A stretch of DNA of 54,584 bases, filler included, from Catajapyx aquilonaris (lineage: Eukaryota), in NCBI GenBank assembly GCA_000934665.2. It is 2 parts of 2 records of this genome, joined end to end, with 100 filler letters (N's around TTAATTAATTAA, not from the genome) between each part and the next. Parts side by side here need not be neighbours in the genome. Positions count along the whole stretch, not along the records: positions 27,311 to 54,584 come from JYFJ02005101.1; 1 more part is not named here. One strand, written 5' to 3'. The notes beneath the pieces are model-generated. The model made no database searches and had not been told where the DNA came from. It saw nothing but the letters and a program-made list of their open reading frames with translations. Shown in pieces: positions 48,401-54,584 of this stretch; the first letter of the stretch is position 1; every line of letters starts with the position of its first letter. Made by a program: the position numbers and the translations under genes.

Positions 48401-50014
48401 TCCAGAAATTTTTTGCATGAAAAATTTGTAACAATATGAAAAATCAGACAACCTGCCTTCCACACCTGCACTGAATGTAATATCTGTGGCCAGTTCCCAA
48501 TTTCCTTTCCATAGCAACCTGCTAGCAACCCCCCTCCGGTATCTGTTCACTGCACTGTACAGTACCGACCAACCATGTAATTTATCTGCCGCAGTTATCG
48601 CATGTTTAAGCCATAAAACTATCAACTTTGTTGACATTTTTGTCCCCTCTACCCACTCTCATGCTGATAAAAGGAGTCAGCTTTGCTCTTTGGAACATAT
48701 ACTATACCACAAAAAATTGGTTTAAAAAAAAAAAAAATCGCGAATATTGCATTCCCCAGGCCTTTGGGGAACTCGTTTTATTCACTCTGACAGCGTCCAC
48801 CCACTAATATATCAAAGTCAGATTCGGAATAATGAACCTCAATATAAAAAGGGTGTCCAATCACACCTTTTTTTTTGTTCAAAACACTGTTGACTTTATT
48901 TCTGAAAAATTGGTACCACACGTCCAAGCTTTAAAACCTATTTGATGTCCCTTTTGCCTTTTTCAAGACAGATTTTGCCCTTGATGTAAAAAATGGCTAC
49001 CGGTTATTTCCTCATGGCAACCTCTAAGGAAAGGTTCTTGTGTAAGGACAAAAAGAAACATAGAAATAATGGCGGGCAAGGGCGCCATTACCATCCATCC
49101 TTGTCTTATACACTCTCTTTTTTTACCACCATTGCTACCATTTTTTGGGGGCTGTCCTTAAAGCACAGCCTGCCACCGATATGGAGATCCTAGCAATGAG
49201 AAAACGGTAAAGTTTTCTGAACAGAATTCTTCGCCTGTGACGCATGCACTCCAGAGTGATGGGTGGGAGAGAGGGTTGGGTGGGGGGAGGGGGGGGGGTC
49301 GGAAATCAATAAATTTCGAAGGAAGGGAACCATAGTTCCTATCCACCAAGTTGCGCAAAGGATATTTTCTGCCTAGTCCGCAATAGAAATTTATTTACTG
49401 CTTTTGTTTCCCTCCCCTACCTACCCCTCCTTCCTCCTTAAATCACATCCCCCTCAGGAGGAGGATTGAAAGGGAAAAAAAAAGAAAAGTCCGCGACAAT
49501 TTTCCCAAAAGATACTGTCAACCTGTCCGTTCAGCAGGCTTTACAGGTCCGTTCAATAGACTATGGGGGGAAAAAATTATGCCAGGTTTTTGGACCTCCC
49601 CTTTTTCCGGCAAATCAGGATCCAGCAGGGGATTTTAGAATGACATGAAATGCCATGGGTTGTATCCTCCTGAAGCTGATGGAAAACAAATTGTCTCAGA
49701 ACCTACGTGCACGTATGGGTAAACATGTCAGTCACAGTCAGACAAAAAAGTAAATTTCCATATTGTTCATATATGGCTTTGATCTGCTGAAAATGTAGGC
49801 TGGTCTTACTAGATGCACAAATATTTCGTTCTTTTTTTTTGGGGGGGGGGGGGGGGGNCTGCGAAAAGCCTTCCTAAAAGCTTTCGGGGATTCAATTTCG
49901 ACCTGGGATGGAAGTGCAAATGTCGCTTCTCTCCGTCCAACACCAAGCGATCTTCCCACACTGGTGGTCCAACTGACACATACTCGTCAGAACCCAGCCA
50001 GGGTTGCCATTTCT

Positions 50015-50170
50015 GCGATCCCAAGGAGAAAAAGCCTAACTTCAAAAACTAGTAAGGGTGAAAGTCGCGTGCATCCCCTGCACTAATCCCCCTTGGCCCA
50101 GTGCAGGGCATGCACGCGACTTTCACCCTTACTGTAGTTTTGAAGTTAGGCTGTTTCTCCTTGGAACGGC
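50015..50170. mobile_element. ~150-bp near-perfect palindromic MITE
   Basis: ccaaggagaaaaagcctaacttcaaaaactagtaagggtgaaagtcgcgtgcatcccctgcact / agtgcagggcatgcacgcgactttcacccttactgtagttttgaagttaggctgtttctccttgg. Confidence 0.75.
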
Positions 50171-52740
50171 TATTCTCCTTTGTCTAGGTCTGCCTTGTTT
50201 GCTCCAGCTAATCACAGAGCTTTGTCTGAGCAAAAAGAGACTATCCCATTAATTAAGGTCGGCACTCCGCGTTATTAGTTGGCTGGAAGTGATTCTTTTG
50301 TTTCACACATCTAATTAGACTAAGCGGATTCGCTTCATGTGTGGTCGCATGCGGTGGAGCCAGATTATAGCAGATCCGGCTACAGGGTGTGCCTTCATGT
50401 AACATTCAAAATTCTGAATTCGAAAATGCCCTGATTAACAAACTGCTCTGGGATCCTGTCACCTTGCTCGAGATGTAAATTTTCGCTATTCAGAAGTGAG
50501 CTCTGGGTCCCCGATAGCGAATTAGATTTGGCGCCTCTCTGACTGCACACAGATTCGTCATTCGGAGGAGACATCTCCCGATAGTTGTCTTCCCAAATTG
50601 AATTACGCCCCCGACACTTTCCATGACCCCTGGAGTGGAAAATCGAGTCATTCAGGAAGCGAGGTGGGGGTGGCCTTAGGAAAGTTCGTGACCTTTTTTC
50701 ATCTCGCATACGGCTCCAAAGTCTGCGTTTAATATGCAAGCCTTGCCCTAGGTAAACAGGGTGGTCTGATAACCCAGAGCATTTAACAGTTTTAGTTATT
50801 TATTCAGGTATGGGACGATTGGGAGGGACCCTTTGAAGATTCAAGACTGATCCTTAATTAGCATTGCATTAGCCATGCAGGATTACTTGCAAACTACTCA
50901 CCACTTTGGGTTTACCGGCTCTGGGGTACTCCTCCTGGAGTGTGTTGCGCTAACACAGGACACATGCTATATACTGTCACATAAGATGGTCTCTCATCAG
51001 CACTGAACGCACAACCTGGATGTAGTGATGGTAACCCGAGGTCATTTCTCGTTGCATTTTACTTTTGAGGACCGTTATATCACCAACTGGCACAACGGGC
51101 CCTTTGTCTTTTATGGCCTGTTATATGGGAAAATCTCCCATCTGAATATTTCATGGTTTGTGACAGTGAAACAACTAGTAGCATGCCTTTGTAAGAACTA
51201 CATTGCCTGAGAAAGTATAGTTTCCCTTTGTCATGAGTCCTAAGCAGCACAATCTCCCCTGAAAGCAATCACAATCCAGGATGAAGCTGATCCTTAGACA
51301 AATAACATCATTCAATATTGTTGCGTACATGCAAAGGAGAGGAGCAATGCACGGAAAATCCATTCTGACAATAGCCTACTATTCCTGGGTGTCTGGGGAA
51401 ACTTGAAACTGTTTCACTTCAGAACTCACTTTCTCTCCCAGGTATTCCAGTAATAACTTCCAGTAAGATATTGCATGTCCTATTGGGAAAAGTAGACCTG
51501 TTTCCACTGACACAAAATGAAATAACAATACTATATAGGGTCGAGTCCAAAATAAAAAAGGAACTCAAAATGAGGTCCAAAACGAAGTTCCAAAATTTGA
51601 ACTTGGCACGAGCAGTCCCTATCCAATTCTGAAAGGACAGAGATACTCATCCTGCATATTAATTCCACACTTTCCATGCTGAAAAAAAGTACAAGTCCTG
51701 ATGGTTGCACAGCACCAGGATACATCTGGCAGATACTTCTTTCGACTTTTAGGAAATTGCCAAGTAATCACAGGTATTCATAATTTAACGCAAAATGCAT
51801 CTCAAGGACTTACATAGTTTATTGGTCCATATTAACACATTAATCTTCCACTCAGGTTACATAAGAGAAAGGCCACCCCAAAGATAGCCAACATGTAAAA
51901 TAACACCATAGCATGGTAAGTTATGCTATGACCATTCTTTTTTAATGATTAGGGCACACAACCTTAAAGAAACTATGAAAACAAAACAGGGTGAAAGGAA
52001 CGACAACAATTGCCACACTGACGATTCCTGCGTAGACACAACCTAACTCTCCTGTAATCAGCTACATGTGATTAAATGGTGTGTGAAAACGTGATCCGAA
52101 TACTAGTGGTGTACGTGAGTAGTATTCATTGCAAAAATATATTGGTACTGTAATCCAGTTCACAAAAGTTCTATAACAGGTTTGGCTTTGATGAGTTTGC
52201 TTCCAGAGGAAAAAGTCACACTATATTGTACGTGGTGTACCTCATTCCTTCCTAAAAACTGTGAAGAATGTTATTTGCGTGAAATGCCCACCACCTAAAA
52301 TACACATGACTGTGGATGAGGATTGGCAAAAGTACCTCTCCGCATACCATCACACTGATGCAAAATAAAATGACAGTTATTGTCCCAGTGCACAATAATG
52401 GTACAAAAACAACTTGCAAATTTGTGTTTTTTTTTTTTTAACTGGCACCTGTCAGCACACAATACAATGGGAACGTGGGAAGTTAGCAAAAATCATTGAA
52501 AAAAATGCATGGTACATGAACGTGAAAAAATGGACTCAACTGCACTCGTTCACAACTAACTAATATTTCAGTCATATATTAAACCGCATGCAGAAAAACA
52601 GTACCCTATCACTTTCATTAGATCCTAACCTGTCCATATGGCCATAACATAATTTATATTTATAACAATGCAACAATAATATATTAAACATTTACACACA
52701 TTGCGGTGAAAAGGAGGGGCATGAAGAAAAAAAAACTTAC

Positions 52741-52893
52741 CAGTAGATAACAAGAGACTGAAAGTGCCAAAAGAAAGTATTGAACGAGTCTTTTTCTATA
52801 ATGGCATGTGCCATGCTTTAGTTGCAAAGAGGGTTAACTAAAAATAAACTTGCACACTTGAGATACACTTTCAGACAATGCTAGCACAGCCAC
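52741..52893 (-). other. SORL1: Candidate non-coding 3' UTR exon of SORL1
   Basis: Acceptor tccctgttcctgtacag|g and donor ctg|gtaagt on the - strand, downstream of the stop-containing exon. Confidence 0.5.
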
Positions 52894-53053
52894 CTGTACA
52901 GGAACAGGGACTCTTTAAATACCTTCTTAAAAATGTGTGCATTGTCAAAAAAAAAAGCAGGTGGCCAGCATTCCTCTCACAAAGGTACACAACAACCTTA
53001 CCATATTATCACAGCAGTAGAGCGCAACTTTCTGTTTGTCGCAGGGTGCAGAG

Positions 53054-53115
53054 TTAGGCAATGACCAGAGGTTCGTCGTCCGAGAAGCCTCGTATCATGG
53101 GAGAGTCCTCTTCGT
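53054..53115 (-). CDS. SORL1: Sortilin-related receptor (SorLA/LR11), last coding exon
   Basis: Acceptor aactttcag|; encodes (D)EEDSPMIRGFSDDEPLVIA*, closely matching the SORL1 C-terminus DEDAPMITGFSDDVPMVIA; upstream exons not found in the window. Confidence 0.9.
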
Positions 53116-54028
53116 CTGAAAGTTACACAATGCAAATAAGTACTTAATCCTTTTATCTGGTTAATGCCAGTTTCACATTATACGACAATGCAGGAGTCAA
53201 ACACCCATTTAATTCCTTAATGTCCTCATTGTTATTCCTGCACGTGACTTTTAAAAATACTTGCTATGATTAAATTGACAAACTATCCATTTTTTGTTGA
53301 GCCTCATCTCATTCCTCATAGCTGCCAAAGGTGCTCCTCTGGTGGTCTTACATGAGAGCTGTTAATAATTTTCACAAAAACTCTGACATGACTTGCAATT
53401 AAGAATGCATCAACAATGTGTGTGATTAAAAAAGAGAAATAACACAACTTATGCGAGTTTGACTACTCCATTTCAAAAAATTCTCCCATGGAAAAGAACT
53501 GAGTGGTTGTAAGCCAGGAGAGGGACAATTGAGCAGGGAGTAATATCCCATGACTAACACATCTTTAGAAGCAAATATTCATTGCAGTGTCAAAGCATAA
53601 GAGGTTGGGTTGAAGAGGTTCCCTGGCTAGTGATGATGATGAAAAAATATATATTAAAATGTCAACATGGTAAAGCCCATTTAAATTTAGTGCAATGTTA
53701 AAGATACCTTCTCAACGTTTACGGCAGCGTCGGAAAGTTAAAACATGTCCTTTTTTGACTTCATTACAACACCTAAAATTCCACTTTTGTGCACTTTGCA
53801 ACCATATTGAAACTTACTCTCTGCAAATCAGTGTAATGGCATTCACTTGCAATTCACTAGAAATAAGATTTCTCATTGAGAATATGCTGCAGCATGTATC
53901 ATTACATTTCCATGTTCAACCTTTTCAAAGCAAGCACTTCAAGTGTATATGTTAGGCTCAAACCCCGAAAACAGCCGTCGTTTTAAAACAGCCACAGCTA
54001 GTTCTGGTCGTTACTGCTTATTAATATA

Positions 54029-54141
54029 CAGTAAAACTTTATAAGTTGAATCTCCATGGGACCAGAAAAAAACTTCGAGTTATAGAAGATTCGAGTTAGA
54101 GAAGTTTACAATTTTTTAAGCACATAACTCTATAAGGAAGC
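54029..54141 (+). mobile_element. 5' end of the pogo-like MITE family (23383), interrupted by a SINE
   Basis: TA-cagtaaaactttataagttgaatctccatgggacc...gcacataactctataaggaagc. Confidence 0.85.
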
Positions 54142-54489
54142 GGGGGAGGCGGAGTGGTGCTGCAGTAACGTATGCGCCCACAGATGTGAAGGTCCCGGGT
54201 TCAATCCCAACCCGGGGACACCCCCTTCATCTCGTGCAGAGTTCAGGGTCACCTCTGGCTTCGTCTCGGGTGGTATTTCCACAGACTAAACCACCCAGGG
54301 GAGTTCACTAAAAATGGCCACAGCGTCAGATGCACTGCACCTTGCACATCCCCTCCTGTCATCCTGCCCGTGGGCCCGGGCGTTTCAATTAGTAGGTTCC
54401 AATGTATAATAGTACAACACCGGGGGTGAAAGCACTTACCCAGGATTATTACTATTACTGTTATTATTATTATTATTATTACTTATTAT
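54142..54489 (+). mobile_element. tRNA-derived SINE (family A)
   Basis: Near-identical to 9397-9787; B-box-like ggttcaatccc; (ATT)n tail. Confidence 0.9.
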
Positions 54490-54491
54490 CT

Positions 54492-54584
54492 TCGGATGAG
54501 GATAAGGAGAGGTTCTGGGATAGCTTAAGTGTTGTGTTGGATGGGTTCAATGGTAATGACAGGATAATTCTTGCAGGGGATTTT
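54492..54584 (+). mobile_element. LINE (RTE-like) apurinic endonuclease fragment running off the window
   Basis: SDEDKERFWDSLSVVLDGFNGNDRIILAGDF matches the APE 'K..FW..L.......D..I..GDFN' motif. Confidence 0.75.

Overview
Repeat-rich eukaryotic genomic DNA, most likely from an arthropod or insect: there is a (TTAGG)n tract, Lep1-like Helitrons and tRNA-derived SINEs. An artificial 100-bp spacer (N44-TTAATTAATTAA-N44, 27211-27310) splits the window into two pieces that may not be contiguous. Two host genes are recognisable. (1) On the + strand, a spliced RIIa (dimerisation/docking)-domain, Sp17-like gene with a 4-nt first coding exon (ATG at 17308; further exons at 17556-17714, 20656-20717 and 20850-20924). 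(2) On the - strand, the last coding exon of a sortilin-related receptor (SORL1/SorLA; ...DSPMIRGFSDDEPLVIA*, 53054-53115), apparently followed by introns in the 3' UTR. The rest is mostly non-autonomous or decayed mobile DNA, often nested. It includes Sola-, hAT-, Kolobok-, PIF/Harbinger-, pogo- and mariner-type MITEs, two fold-back Tc1/mariner elements with a transposase 3' end in both arms, several modular tRNA-SINEs with clear target-site duplications (TSDs), solo LTRs, Helitron, MULE and LINE remnants, and microsatellites. I found no intact transposase, CRISPR array, rRNA or bona fide tRNA gene, and no clearly novel protein system. All family assignments come from eye-read motifs, not database searches.
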